Shown here: positions 10,049 through 20,676 of the stretch, one piece after another
Position numbering within the stretch: position 1 is the stretch's first letter
Layout: each line of letters starts with the position of its first letter
DNA from: Finegoldia sp.
Lineage (GTDB): Bacteria > Bacillota > Clostridia > Tissierellales > Peptoniphilaceae
DNA length: 64,000 nucleotides
Assembly: GCA_029983915.1 (NCBI GenBank)
Contig: JASBYN010000005.1
Coordinates: forward strand, 21,032-85,031
Reading direction: 5' to 3'
The notes under the pieces: generated by a model
Seen by the model: the letters and a program-made list of their open reading frames with translations, nothing else
Told to the model about the DNA's origin: nothing
The model's database searches: none
Translations under genes and position numbers: made by a program

Positions 10049-12391
10049 ATGAAAGAATTAAAATTAAGAGTCGACGGAATGAGTTGTCAAGCTTGCTCAT
10101 CGAGAGTTGAAAAAGTCTTGAGCAAATACGAATACACTGATTCCGTAAATGTGAATTTACTTCAAGGATATGCGTATCTCAAATTAAAAGACGGATACGA
10201 TATAGATAAAATCGTAGAAAAAATTGAAAACGCAGGCTACTCTGTTCCTTTAAAAACATCTAAATTCGATATAGAAGGGATGAGTTGTCAAGCTTGTGCT
10301 TCTAGAATCGAAAAAGTTCTAAATAAGAACGACTACAAAGACGTGAATGTGAATTTATTGCAAAATTCACTTTCTGCAAGCTACTATGAAGGATACAAAA
10401 GCGATTCAGATATAAAAAAATTAGTCGATAAAGCAGGATTTAAAGCCGAAGTAAAATCCGAAAGCAAAGATGCTAACGCAAAAAACAAATCGGAATACGA
10501 AAAATTAAAAAAAGATTTTATAATTTCTGCAATATTTTCAATTCCTTTGTTTTCTGCAATGTTTTTCCACATGGCTGGAATGCACACTATTTTGAATAAC
10601 GGATATTTCCAATTAATACTTGCAACTGTAGTTCAATTTTACATTGGAAGAAGATATTATGTGAATGCTTACAAATCGCTACGTGGTGGTGGAGCAAACA
10701 TGGACGTATTGATAGCTATGGGCACAAGTGCAGCGTATTTTTACTCGATATATCACGTCATAATAGGAAGCAATCAATTGTATTTTGAATCTTCTGCAAT
10801 GGTAATAACTTTGATTTTGCTTGGAAAAGTATTTGAAAAAAGAGCAAAAACGAGAACTACTGATGCAATAAGCAAACTCGTAGGACTTCAAGCAAAAAAA
10901 GCCACAGTTATCAGAGATGGAAAGACTGTCGAAGTCGACATAGACGATGTAGAAATCGGAGACAAAATCTTAGTAAAACCTGGAGAAAAGATAGCCGTAG
11001 ATGGAATTATAGTTGAAGGAAGTTCTTCCGTAGACGAATCTATGGTTACAGGAGAATCTATCCCAGTAAAAAAAGAAGTCGGAGATGAATGTATCGGATC
11101 TACTATCAATAAAAACGGCTCATTTGTTTTCGAGGCAAAGAGAATCGGAGAAGACACAGTTCTCAGTCAAATAGTAAAATTAGTAGAAGATGCTCAATCT
11201 CAAAAAGCTCCTATTCAAAGATTAGCCGATAAAATATCATCCGTTTTCGTTCCAACTGTCATAGCGATAGCTCTAGTCACATTTGTATTGACTTACATCT
11301 TGACTAAAAAATTTGACAGCGCATTGTTGAACGCAGTTTCCGTTTTGGTAATCGCCTGCCCTTGTTCGTTGGGATTGGCAACTCCTACTGCTATCATGGT
11401 GGGAAGTGGAAAAGGTGCAGAACTTGGAATATTGATAAAAAGCGCCGAAGTTTTGGAAACTGCCAATAAAATAGATACTGTAATTTTAGACAAAACAGGT
11501 ACAATAACAAATGGAAAACCCGAAGTAGTGGATTATCAATCAAATAGCGATGACTTTTTGAAAATCGTAGCTTCTATTGAGAAAAAATCAGAACATCCAT
11601 TGGCAGAAGCGGTCGTAAACAAATTCGAAGAAGAAAATAACGGATATTATGAAGTGAAAGATTTCAACTCCATTACTGGAAAAGGTGTAATGGCAACTGT
11701 CGACAATTCCAAATACTACATTGGAAATGAAAAATTGATGAAAGATTACTCAATAGAATTCGATTTAGACGTAAAAAAATACCAATCAGAAGGAAATACA
11801 GTTTTATTAGCTGCAAAAGACGATGAATTTTTCGGATACATTCTAGTAGCTGACAAAATAAAAGAATCATCTGCAAAAGCCGTATCCAATTTAAAACAAA
11901 AAGACATCGACGTATATATGATCACAGGAGACAGCGAAAATACAGCTAATAGCATAGCTCAAAAAGCAAATATAGACAATGTAATTGCAGAATGCTTACC
12001 AAAAGATAAATCAGATAAAATTTCAGAATTAAAATCCAAAGGAAAAATCGTAGGAATGGTTGGAGATGGCATCAATGACGCGCCAGCATTAGCTATAAGC
12101 GACGTTGGATTTGCCATAGGTACTGGAACAGATGTGGCTATTGAAACGAGCGATATAACTATAATAAACGGCGATTTGAACAAAGTAAACACAGCTATAA
12201 GCCTAAGCCACAAAGTAATGAAAACCATCAAACAAAATTTGTTCTGGGCATTTTTCTACAACGTAATAGGAATTCCTATCGCAGCATTTGGATTCTTAAA
12301 TCCTATGATAGCAGGAGCTGCAATGGCATTTAGTTCAGTAACCGTAGTCACAAATTCATTGAGAATAAAAAATTTCAAGGAGGAAAATTAA
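10049..12391 (+). CDS. copA: Copper-translocating P1B-type ATPase with two N-terminal HMA domains
   Basis: Two GMSCQAC motifs, [30 protein letters not shown] and MAFSS. Start at ATG 10049 behind GGAGG. Confidence 0.95.
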   Translation: MKELKLRVDGMSCQACSSRVEKVLSKYEYTDSVNVNLLQGYAYLKLKDGYDIDKIVEKIENAGYSVPLKTSKFDIEGMSCQACASRIEKVLNKNDYKDVNVNLLQNSLSASYYEGYKSDSDIKKLVDKAGFKAEVKSESKDANAKNKSEYEKLKKDFIISAIFSIPLFSAMFFHMAGMHTILNNGYFQLILATVVQFYIGRRYYVNAYKSLRGGGANMDVLIAMGTSAAYFYSIYHVIIGSNQLYFESSAMVITLILLGKVFEKRAKTRTTDAISKLVGLQAKKATVIRDGKTVEVDIDDVEIGDKILVKPGEKIAVDGIIVEGSSSVDESMVTGESIPVKKEVGDECIGSTINKNGSFVFEAKRIGEDTVLSQIVKLVEDAQSQKAPIQRLADKISSVFVPTVIAIALVTFVLTYILTKKFDSALLNAVSVLVIACPCSLGLATPTAIMVGSGKGAELGILIKSAEVLETANKIDTVILDKTGTITNGKPEVVDYQSNSDDFLKIVASIEKKSEHPLAEAVVNKFEEENNGYYEVKDFNSITGKGVMATVDNSKYYIGNEKLMKDYSIEFDLDVKKYQSEGNTVLLAAKDDEFFGYILVADKIKESSAKAVSNLKQKDIDVYMITGDSENTANSIAQKANIDNVIAECLPKDKSDKISELKSKGKIVGMVGDGINDAPALAISDVGFAIGTGTDVAIETSDITIINGDLNKVNTAISLSHKVMKTIKQNLFWAFFYNVIGIPIAAFGFLNPMIAGAAMAFSSVTVVTNSLRIKNFKEEN

Positions 12392-12592
12392 ATGAAAAAA
12401 GTATTTGAAATATCAGATATGATGTGTAATCACTGTGTAGAATCAGTAACTAAAGCTTGTAAAAGCGTAGAAGGAGTAGAAAACGTAGAAGTTTCGTTGA
12501 ACGACAAGACAGCTGTAGTAGAGGGAAATTTTGACGAACAAAAAATTCTACAAGCAATAGAAGATATAGGATTTGAACCCAAACTAAAATAA
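12392..12592 (+). CDS. copZ: Copper chaperone (HMA domain)
   Basis: 66 aa with MMCNHC; follows copA; AGGAGG SD. Confidence 0.9.
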   Translation: MKKVFEISDMMCNHCVESVTKACKSVEGVENVEVSLNDKTAVVEGNFDEQKILQAIEDIGFEPKLK

Positions 12593-12855
12593 TGACGGAA
12601 TATAAAAAAAGAGCACTAAAAAAAGTAAAGACAGTGCGAGGACAACTAGATGCCATTGTCGACATGATAGAAGACGATAGGTACTGTGTCGATATATCTA
12701 CGCAAATTTTAAGCTGCATAGGACAGCTCAAAAAGGCTAACATCGATATATTGAATGGCCACATGAGAACCTGCGTCAAAAACGCCATAGAAAACGACAA
12801 TGCCGATGAAAAAATAGATGAAATAATAAAAATATTAGACAAGTATATAAAATAA
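12592..12855 (+). CDS. csoR: Metal-sensing repressor, CsoR/RcnR family
   Basis: GQLDAI..MIEDDRYC.DI..QI and HMRTC (Cys-His-Cys ligands). Confidence 0.9.
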   Translation: MTEYKKRALKKVKTVRGQLDAIVDMIEDDRYCVDISTQILSCIGQLKKANIDILNGHMRTCVKNAIENDNADEKIDEIIKILDKYIK

Positions 12856-12890
12856 AAAACTCGGTGTTTGGGTATGTAAAAAGTTTTGTG

Positions 12891-12929
12891 TATCAGCTCA
12901 CTCTTATATAAGGTGAGCTGATATTTTTT
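12891..12929 (+). terminator. Terminator of the cop operon
   Basis: TATCAGCTCAC-tcttatataag-GTGAGCTGATA followed by a T-run. Confidence 0.8.
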
Positions 12930-12987
12930 ATGTTGCAACATTTACATATAAAAATAGCATTGCAAATTAAATTGCAATGCTAATGAA

Positions 12988-13959
12988 TTAATTTAAAATT
13001 GTAACTCTTACAGTTCTTCTTCCCCAGTTGTTGCTTGCAGATGCAGATCCAAATGCCAAATCAATTCTATGTCCTTTGATAGCTCCACCTGTATCTTCTG
13101 CTCTAGCATATCCATATCCTTCTATATACAATCTAGTTCCCAATGGAATTACGTTAGGGTCAACTGCTACTACGCCTTGTCTAATAGGTGTTCCCATAGC
13201 AGTCACAGAATATCCACCATTTTCTCTAGGATCTGCTGTATATGCAGTAGAACTCATAGTTATAGTTCTTCCTGAAACTCTTCCACTATATGATTCATTT
13301 GAGTTTTCTTCAGCTCTTTTTCTCTCTTCTCTTCTTCTTTTAGCTTCTTTCTCAGCTTTGGCTTTTTGCATTGCCTTTCTCTCTCTAGAAAGTCTAGCAT
13401 CTCTAGATTCTGGAGATTCTTTTGTAGTATTATCCAAAGAAGTATAAGCTGTTCTTCCAAAATAATTAAATCTCAAATATTCTCCATCTAAGTGGCCTTT
13501 TATTTCAATATCTTTGTCTAAAGTTCCCAACTTTTCTGTATCTTCAGATTTAACTTCTACGACTTTTGCTTCGCTATTAGTCCAGCCTTCGAATTTTTTA
13601 GGATCTTTTTCTACCTTTTTATCGGAAATATAAGATTCTTTTACAAATCCTTTTATCTTTTTGTCGTTATCCTCTTTTATTACTTCAAAAAATCCGTTTG
13701 AATTTTTTCTTGCCTTTACGACATCCCCTTGTTCTAGTTCCAAAATTTCCTTGGAAAGTTCGTTATTTTTTTCGAACAAATCAGTGTCGTCTTTTATCCA
13801 ATAATTTTTAAATTCATTTTCCTTGTTTTCAGTTTGATCTGTTTTTTGATCTATCTTAACATTTTTCAAATCTTTTGCATGTGAATTTGATGGTACAAAT
13901 GCTAATAAACTTGTCATGACGACAACCGACGAATTAAATAGTAGCTTTTTAAAATTCAT
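12988..13959 (-). CDS. Secreted 3D-domain (MltA-like/Sps) cell-wall enzyme
   Basis: Signal peptide ending SHA, charged coiled linker, C-terminal STAYT...VAVDPNVIPLGT...AEDTGGAIKGHRIDL. Confidence 0.85.
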   Translation of the reverse strand: MNFKKLLFNSSVVVMTSLLAFVPSNSHAKDLKNVKIDQKTDQTENKENEFKNYWIKDDTDLFEKNNELSKEILELEQGDVVKARKNSNGFFEVIKEDNDKKIKGFVKESYISDKKVEKDPKKFEGWTNSEAKVVEVKSEDTEKLGTLDKDIEIKGHLDGEYLRFNYFGRTAYTSLDNTTKESPESRDARLSRERKAMQKAKAEKEAKRRREERKRAEENSNESYSGRVSGRTITMSSTAYTADPRENGGYSVTAMGTPIRQGVVAVDPNVIPLGTRLYIEGYGYARAEDTGGAIKGHRIDLAFGSASASNNWGRRTVRVTILN

Positions 13960-14129
13960 TTGTATCTCCTCTTTCTCTTTTAGATTTATTTTTGACTACT
14001 CGTGTATTTTATAAAACACTGGAAAATAAATCAACACTAAACACGCCATTTTTATGATAATCAATATCGCACATTTCTTTTGTATTGAATCCATAGTTTT
14101 ATCATGTTCAGAATAGGTAAATTAAAAGG

Positions 14130-14146
14130 GTTACAAAATGGTTACA
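14130..14146 (-). promoter_or_regulatory. WalR-type direct repeat upstream of the 3D-domain gene
   Basis: Minus strand reads TGTAAC-CATTT-TGTAAC, an exact fit to TGTWAH-N5-TGTWAH. Confidence 0.6.
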
Positions 14147-14347
14147 AACATTTTTTAGCTCTTTTGTTTGCTAAGTACAACAAATCAAAATATTTAATTT
14201 CTGAAATATTTAGCGTGTATTAAGCAAATTTCAACATTTTAACTTTCGGAGAAATTATTTCATATGATTTTTACATATAGCCTTCATTTTTTACATTCTA
14301 ATAAAAAAAGACCTCAATTTTTAAAATTGAGATCTTCATTTTAATTT

Positions 14348-15775
14348 CTATACTTTCAAATCTACTGAATAATTTGTATCGTATTTTGAAACGACAGGTT
14401 TCACATCATTTTCTATAAATTCTACAACTTGTTCTGGACATCTTCCAATGTAAAGTTTGCCATCTAATAGAGAATTTAAATCGTCTTTGTCGAGATTAAA
14501 AGCACTGTCTTTTTCCAATAATTCCAACAAATTATTATTCAATCCTTCTTCTTTTACTCTTTTGGCTGCTATCATTGAATATTCTCTGATTTTTTCATGA
14601 AGTTCTTGTCTGTTGCCTCCACGTTTTACAGCTTCCATCAATATATTTTCTGTAGCCATAAATGGCAATTCTTCGTTGACATGAGCTTTGATTTGATTTT
14701 CGTATACTACCAATCCATCTGTTACGTTTATAGCTATTTCCAATATGCTATCTACTGCCATGAAACTTTCAGGAACGCTCATTCTCTTGTTGGCAGAGTC
14801 ATCCAAAGTTCTCTCCAACCATTGTGTGCTAGCTACTAATTGAGGATTTTGTACCAAACTCATAACGTATTTCGATAAAGAAGATATTCTCTCACATCTC
14901 ATAGGATTTCTCTTATAAGCCATTGCAGAAGATCCTACTTGTGTCTTTTCAAATGGTTCTTCTATTTCTTTTCTATTTTGTAAAAGTCTAATATCATTTG
15001 TCATTTTATGAGCTGATTGGGCTATTGAAGATAGAACTTGTAGTACATGGTAGTCGATTTTTCTAGTGTAAGTTTGTCCACTGACGCTTACTGCTTTTTC
15101 AAATCCCATTTCAGATACGATTTTTTTCTCTAATTCTTTTACTTTTTCGTGATCGTTATCGAAAAGTTTCAAGAAAGATGCTTGAGTTCCAGTCGTACCT
15201 TTTACTCCTCTCAATTTCAAATTTTCTTTTCTATAGATTACTTCTTCCAAATCCATTAGAAAATCTTGTATCCACAATGTCGCTCTTTTACCTACTGTCA
15301 CTAATTGTGCAGGTTGGTAATGAGTGTATCCCAATGTAGGTAAGTCTTTGTATTTGATTGCAAAATCGGATAAGTGTTTGATTAAAATCGCTAGTTTTTT
15401 CTCTATGATTTCAAGTGCATTTTTCATCACGATTATATCTGTATTATCGGTAACATAGCAACTAGTAGCTCCCAAATGTATTATACCAGCTGCATTTGGA
15501 CATTTTTCTCCGTATGTCTTTACATGAGCCATTACGTCGTGACGAAGTTTCTTTTCGTATTCTGCTGCTTTTTCAAAATCAATATCTGAAATGTGAGCTT
15601 GTAATTCATCGACTTGCTCTTGTGTTATATTTAGTCCCAATTCTTTTTCTGCTTTTGCCAATGCAACCCATAATTTTCTAAATGTTTCAAATTTTACTTG
15701 TGAACTAAAATTATGGCTCATTTCATGGCTTGCATATCTAGTATTCAAAGGACTTTGATAAATATTGTTATCCAT
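14348..15775 (-). CDS. purB: Adenylosuccinate lyase
   Basis: RHDVMAH, HLGATS, GYTHYQPAQ, SSAMAYKRNP. Confidence 0.97.
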   Translation of the reverse strand: MDNNIYQSPLNTRYASHEMSHNFSSQVKFETFRKLWVALAKAEKELGLNITQEQVDELQAHISDIDFEKAAEYEKKLRHDVMAHVKTYGEKCPNAAGIIHLGATSCYVTDNTDIIVMKNALEIIEKKLAILIKHLSDFAIKYKDLPTLGYTHYQPAQLVTVGKRATLWIQDFLMDLEEVIYRKENLKLRGVKGTTGTQASFLKLFDNDHEKVKELEKKIVSEMGFEKAVSVSGQTYTRKIDYHVLQVLSSIAQSAHKMTNDIRLLQNRKEIEEPFEKTQVGSSAMAYKRNPMRCERISSLSKYVMSLVQNPQLVASTQWLERTLDDSANKRMSVPESFMAVDSILEIAINVTDGLVVYENQIKAHVNEELPFMATENILMEAVKRGGNRQELHEKIREYSMIAAKRVKEEGLNNNLLELLEKDSAFNLDKDDLNSLLDGKLYIGRCPEQVVEFIENDVKPVVSKYDTNYSVDLKV

Positions 15776-18700
15776 TATTTCTCCTTAAAATATTCTACTG
15801 CATTTTTGAAAATATTTTGCTTGTCTATATCGTAAATGTTTTTGTACAAATCGTCTGCAATTCTTTCTGTATGACACATTCTACCTAAAATTTTTCCATC
15901 TCTAGATAAAATTCCTTCTATATTATAGTCAGATCCGTTTGGAGAGATTTTATAAGCTGAAAATACTTGTTCGTTTTCTAAAAGCTCTTTCAACTTCTCT
16001 TCTTTCACTACAAATCTTCCTTCACCATGTGATATAGGCATTTTGTATATTTTATTCATATCTATTCCCACAGTCCATGGGCTGTTGTTAGTCAAGCACA
16101 ATATATCTACAAATGTAGCGATGTGTCTTCTATTAGTATTGAATGTAAGGTTTGGATCGTCTTTTTCTGGAGATGTTACTTTTCCATATGGGAGTAATCC
16201 CGTCTTCACCAATGCTTGGAATCCGTTACAAATTCCCAATACCAATCCGTCATTTTCATTCAATAAATGGTCGATTGCACTGCTGATTTTTTCATTTCTT
16301 AGTATGTTGGCTAAGAATTTTGCAGATCCATCTGGTTCATCTCCCAATGAGAATCCTCCAGGTATAGCAAAAATTTGAGCTTTTCTTATTTTTTCAGCTA
16401 ATACATCAATTGAATCCAAAATATCTTGTTCGCTTCTATTCTTGAATAAAACTATTTCTCCATTTGCTCCATTTTCTTTGAATGCGTTCAATGTATCCCA
16501 TTCGCAATTTGTTCCTGGAGCTGCCAAGATTACAACGTATGGAGTGTCCACTTTTTTATTTGATTTCAATCTACGAGCTTCGATTTTTTTGTTTTCAATA
16601 GGTTTGTACTCTATCTTTTCTTTTGGAGTAAATACTGTTGTCAATGTGTTTGTGTATCCATCTAACAATCTGTTTTCATCTAATTTAACTCCATTTACGA
16701 TAATTTCATCGCAAAAATCTCCGATGTGTTCGATTTTTTCATCGTCACTTATATATTCTACTACAAAACTTCCGTACATTGGATTATATAAATTATCAAA
16801 TTTCAAATCAAATCCAGTATTTCCGATTGATTGCTCGTAAATATTTGCAAGTAAGCCTTTTTTGTCTAAAGCTATAGCAGAAATTATATTTTTATTTCTG
16901 ATTTGTTCTGTCAAGAAATCAAAATTTTCTTGTAATTGTTTTAAATCCAAAGTTCCATCTTCTAAATATGGAGTTCTTATAAGACCAATTTTGCCTTTTT
17001 TCTTCAAATCATTTGTAATTATGTTATCTACATCTTCATGTGTCACTGCAAATGAAATCATAGTAGGTGGTACTGTTATTTCTTCAAAATTTCCACTCAT
17101 ACTGTCTTTTCCACCTATTGGGATAGCGTTGAAATATTTCGATACGCAAAAAGCTCCAAGAAGCGCTTTGAGTGGTTTTGACCAAATCTTTTTATCCAAC
17201 ATTTTTTCGTAGTATTCTTGGAATGTCAATCTGATCAAATTTCTATCTGTTCCCATAGCTATTAATTTGCTGATGGATTCAACTACTGCATAATATCCAC
17301 CTAGATATTGAGATGCTGAAGATAAATCAGGATCAAATCCATAACTCATCATAGATACAGTCTTCATCACGCCATCCATTGTAGGAATTTTGGCTACCAT
17401 AGCTTGAGCTGGATTTAATTGAGATTTTCCTCCCATTGGATTGATTACAGTATTTCTTCCTATTGTAGAATCGAACATTTCTATCAAATCTCTCTTAGAT
17501 GTTATGTTCAATTTTCTTACTTTGTCGTAGAATTTTTCAGGATCATCGTCTTTTTGAGTCAAGATTTCAGGTACATCTTCAGATACTACTTCTACGTCTG
17601 TATTTCTGCTCGATCCATTTGTATTGATGAAATCATAACTGATGTCTGCTATAATTTTATCTTCATACATCATTTTCATTCTATTCGTATCTGTTATATC
17701 AGCTACAACTGTAGTTTCAATGTTTTCACTGTCTGCGTATTTTATAAATTCATCTAAATCTTTTTTAGCTATTACGCATGCCATTCTCTCTTGTGATTCA
17801 CTGATAGCTATTTCTGATGGTTTCAATCCTTTATATTTCAAAGGTACTCTATCCAAATAAATATCTACACCATCGTGAAGTTCTCCTATTGCTACGCTAA
17901 CTCCACCAGCTCCAAAGTCGTTACATTTTTTGATAAGTCTAGCTAATTCAGGTATTCTGAAAAGTCTTTGAATTTTTCTTTCTTCAGGGGCATTTCCCTT
18001 TTGAACTTGTGCAGATTCTGTCTTTATACTTGTAACTTTGTGACTTTTCGATGAACCTGTTGCTCCACCAATTCCATCGCGTCCAGTTCTTCCACCTAAT
18101 AAAATTACTATGTCGCCTTTTTCAGGTTCAATTCTCTTTACATTTTCCATCGGTGCTGCTGCCATTACAGCTCCACATTCCAATCTTTTTGCCACATATC
18201 CGTCGTGATATACTTCATCTACAAATCCTGTCGCCAATCCGATTTGATTTCCATAAGAAGAATATCCCTTTGCAGCTTCTTGTGTGATTTTTATTTGTGG
18301 AAGTTTTCCTTCTAATGTATCTTCCAATGAAGTCAATGGATTCGCAGCTCCAGTTATTCTCATCGCTTGATATACGAAAGCTCTTCCGCTAAGTGGATCT
18401 CTTATAGCTCCACCCAAACAAGTACTTGCACCACCAAAAGGTTCTATTTCTGTAGGGTGGTTGTGAGTTTCGTTTTTGAACATCAAAAGGTAATCACGAG
18501 TTTCATCTACTCCGTCTACATCTACTCTTACTTTTATCTTGACTGAACAAGCGTTGATTTCTGAAGAAATTTCCAAATCGTCAAATTCATTTTTACTTCT
18601 CATGTATTTCGATAATATAGTTCCAAAACTCATCAAATTTATAGGTTTTTCGATTTTTAGTTCTTCTCTTATTTTCAAATACTCATCAAAGCTTTCTTTT

Positions 18701-20667
18701 ATAGCTTTATCCAATTTTGTCTTTGTATCGAACTCGATATCTAAAAATGTATTGAAAGTAGTATGTCTGCAGTGATCTGACCAATAAGTATCCAATATTT
18801 TTATTTCTGTTTCATTAGGATCTCTGTTTTCAGATTTGAAATAATCTCTGATGCATCTCAAATCATCTCCATTCATAGCCAATGAATGTTCTTCTACAAA
18901 ATTTTCCAACTCATCATCATTTAACTTAGTAAATCCATCGTATACTTCATTTTCAAGATTTTTTTCGTTTTCTTGTTTCAATGTTGTAGGAATTCCCAAC
19001 AAACTTACTCTATGACTGTCTACAGGGTTTACCAAGTAATTTTCGATTTTCTTCAAATTTTCTTTGCTAGCGCCTTCGATTTCATATACAGTTGATGTTT
19101 TACAATCTATTTCATCGTCTAATACCAATTTTACTGTGTCCAATACACCTTGTTTTCTTTGATCAAATTGACCTGGAAGATATTCGACAGCTATTGCGTT
19201 TTTCATATCAGATTGCAACTTCAACGCATCTTCTCCGTAGTATACATTATCTACTGACTTTTCAGAAAGAACTGTGTCCACTATTTTTTCGAGATTTTCA
19301 TCGGATATTTCCAAATCATATCTCTTGTATATTACGAACTTATCTAATTGTATTCCCAACAAATTTTCAATTTGTTTTTTCTTTTCTTTCGATTCATAAT
19401 CGTATTCGTCTTTTTTTCTAACATAGACTCTCTTGACTCTAGGTCCTATATCTGTTCTGTGATACATATTTTTAAAATCCACCTTTTTTATATCATCATA
19501 GCAAACTTTGATTACTTCATCAAAACTATCTTTACTGTTTACAATATTCAATACACGACCGCCATTTGTGACGAGTTTTCCATCTCTCATTGCAGTGCCA
19601 GCGTGGAAAACTTCAGAATCCATATCTTCTATTGTAATCTCGTCGTTCTTATCGTAACTTCCAGGATATCCTCCTGCACTAATAACTACGCACAAAGCTT
19701 TTTTGTCGTTGATTTTGAGTTCAACTTCATCCAATCTTTTTTCTGAAGTTTTCATCATGATGTCTAATAAATCATTATCTATCAATTCTAGAACTACTTG
19801 TGTCTCAGGATCTCCAAATCTAGCATTAAATTCCAATACATAAATTCCATCATCTGTTATCATGAATCCAATGAATAACATTCCTCTATAATCTATGTTT
19901 TCTTCCTTCAATCCTGACAATATTTTGTTCAATACATCTTCTTTTATTCTGTCGACAAATACTTCAGCTTCCACATTAGGGGCGTATGTTCCCATTCCTC
20001 CTGTATTTGCTCCAACTTCTCTCTCGAAAATCTTCTTATGATCTTTGGCTGTAGGAAGTGGCAATATACTTTTAGAATCAGTAAAACATAGAAGACTCAT
20101 TTCAAATCCAGATAAAAATTGTTCTACTACTACTTTATCGTCTTTTTTCAAAACATCTTCTAGGGTTTCTCTCAATTCGCCTTCGTCATCTATTATATAT
20201 ACGCCTTTTCCAGCTGCAAGTCCATCTCTTTTGATGACTACTTTTCCATCATTTTGAAGCAAATTTTTCGAGAATTCAAATGACTCATTAAAATCAGAGC
20301 TTTCCAAATATTTGGCAGTATTTATTCCGTATTTTTCTAAAAATCTTTTAGTAAATGATTTTGAATTTTCAAATTCAGCTGCAGATTTTACAGGTCCAAA
20401 AATTTTCAATCCATTTTTTTCAAAAACATCTGCTACCCCATCGCATAGAGGATTTTCCGGTCCAACTACTGTATAGTCAATTTTGTTTTCCTTTGCAAAT
20501 TCCAACAATGAATCTATGTCTTCTGCCTTTATATCTACATTTTCTCCTATTTTTGTAGTGCCTGCATTTCCAGGTGCGAAGAAAATCTGTCTATTATTAT
20601 CGAAGGATTTTATTTTGCGACCCAATGCGTATTCTCTAGCTCCTGAGCCAATTATCAAAATTTTCAT
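15775..20667 (-). CDS. purD-purL: Fused phosphoribosylamine-glycine ligase (PurD) and large single-chain FGAM synthase (PurL)
   Basis: aa 1-~410 are PurD (GSGARE, APGNAG, VGPE, DGLAAGKGV, NTGGMG, EFNARFGDPETQ, TNGGRVL). The rest is PurL (YWSDHCRH, ETHNHPTEIEP, NDFGAGGVS, GGKDSMSG, PGGFSLGDEPDG, GICNGFQ, SHGEG). No internal stop. Confidence 0.93.
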   Translation of the reverse strand: MKILIIGSGAREYALGRKIKSFDNNRQIFFAPGNAGTTKIGENVDIKAEDIDSLLEFAKENKIDYTVVGPENPLCDGVADVFEKNGLKIFGPVKSAAEFENSKSFTKRFLEKYGINTAKYLESSDFNESFEFSKNLLQNDGKVVIKRDGLAAGKGVYIIDDEGELRETLEDVLKKDDKVVVEQFLSGFEMSLLCFTDSKSILPLPTAKDHKKIFEREVGANTGGMGTYAPNVEAEVFVDRIKEDVLNKILSGLKEENIDYRGMLFIGFMITDDGIYVLEFNARFGDPETQVVLELIDNDLLDIMMKTSEKRLDEVELKINDKKALCVVISAGGYPGSYDKNDEITIEDMDSEVFHAGTAMRDGKLVTNGGRVLNIVNSKDSFDEVIKVCYDDIKKVDFKNMYHRTDIGPRVKRVYVRKKDEYDYESKEKKKQIENLLGIQLDKFVIYKRYDLEISDENLEKIVDTVLSEKSVDNVYYGEDALKLQSDMKNAIAVEYLPGQFDQRKQGVLDTVKLVLDDEIDCKTSTVYEIEGASKENLKKIENYLVNPVDSHRVSLLGIPTTLKQENEKNLENEVYDGFTKLNDDELENFVEEHSLAMNGDDLRCIRDYFKSENRDPNETEIKILDTYWSDHCRHTTFNTFLDIEFDTKTKLDKAIKESFDEYLKIREELKIEKPINLMSFGTILSKYMRSKNEFDDLEISSEINACSVKIKVRVDVDGVDETRDYLLMFKNETHNHPTEIEPFGGASTCLGGAIRDPLSGRAFVYQAMRITGAANPLTSLEDTLEGKLPQIKITQEAAKGYSSYGNQIGLATGFVDEVYHDGYVAKRLECGAVMAAAPMENVKRIEPEKGDIVILLGGRTGRDGIGGATGSSKSHKVTSIKTESAQVQKGNAPEERKIQRLFRIPELARLIKKCNDFGAGGVSVAIGELHDGVDIYLDRVPLKYKGLKPSEIAISESQERMACVIAKKDLDEFIKYADSENIETTVVADITDTNRMKMMYEDKIIADISYDFINTNGSSRNTDVEVVSEDVPEILTQKDDDPEKFYDKVRKLNITSKRDLIEMFDSTIGRNTVINPMGGKSQLNPAQAMVAKIPTMDGVMKTVSMMSYGFDPDLSSASQYLGGYYAVVESISKLIAMGTDRNLIRLTFQEYYEKMLDKKIWSKPLKALLGAFCVSKYFNAIPIGGKDSMSGNFEEITVPPTMISFAVTHEDVDNIITNDLKKKGKIGLIRTPYLEDGTLDLKQLQENFDFLTEQIRNKNIISAIALDKKGLLANIYEQSIGNTGFDLKFDNLYNPMYGSFVVEYISDDEKIEHIGDFCDEIIVNGVKLDENRLLDGYTNTLTTVFTPKEKIEYKPIENKKIEARRLKSNKKVDTPYVVILAAPGTNCEWDTLNAFKENGANGEIVLFKNRSEQDILDSIDVLAEKIRKAQIFAIPGGFSLGDEPDGSAKFLANILRNEKISSAIDHLLNENDGLVLGICNGFQALVKTGLLPYGKVTSPEKDDPNLTFNTNRRHIATFVDILCLTNNSPWTVGIDMNKIYKMPISHGEGRFVVKEEKLKELLENEQVFSAYKISPNGSDYNIEGILSRDGKILGRMCHTERIADDLYKNIYDIDKQNIFKNAVEYFKEK

Positions 20668-20676
20668 CAAAACCTC

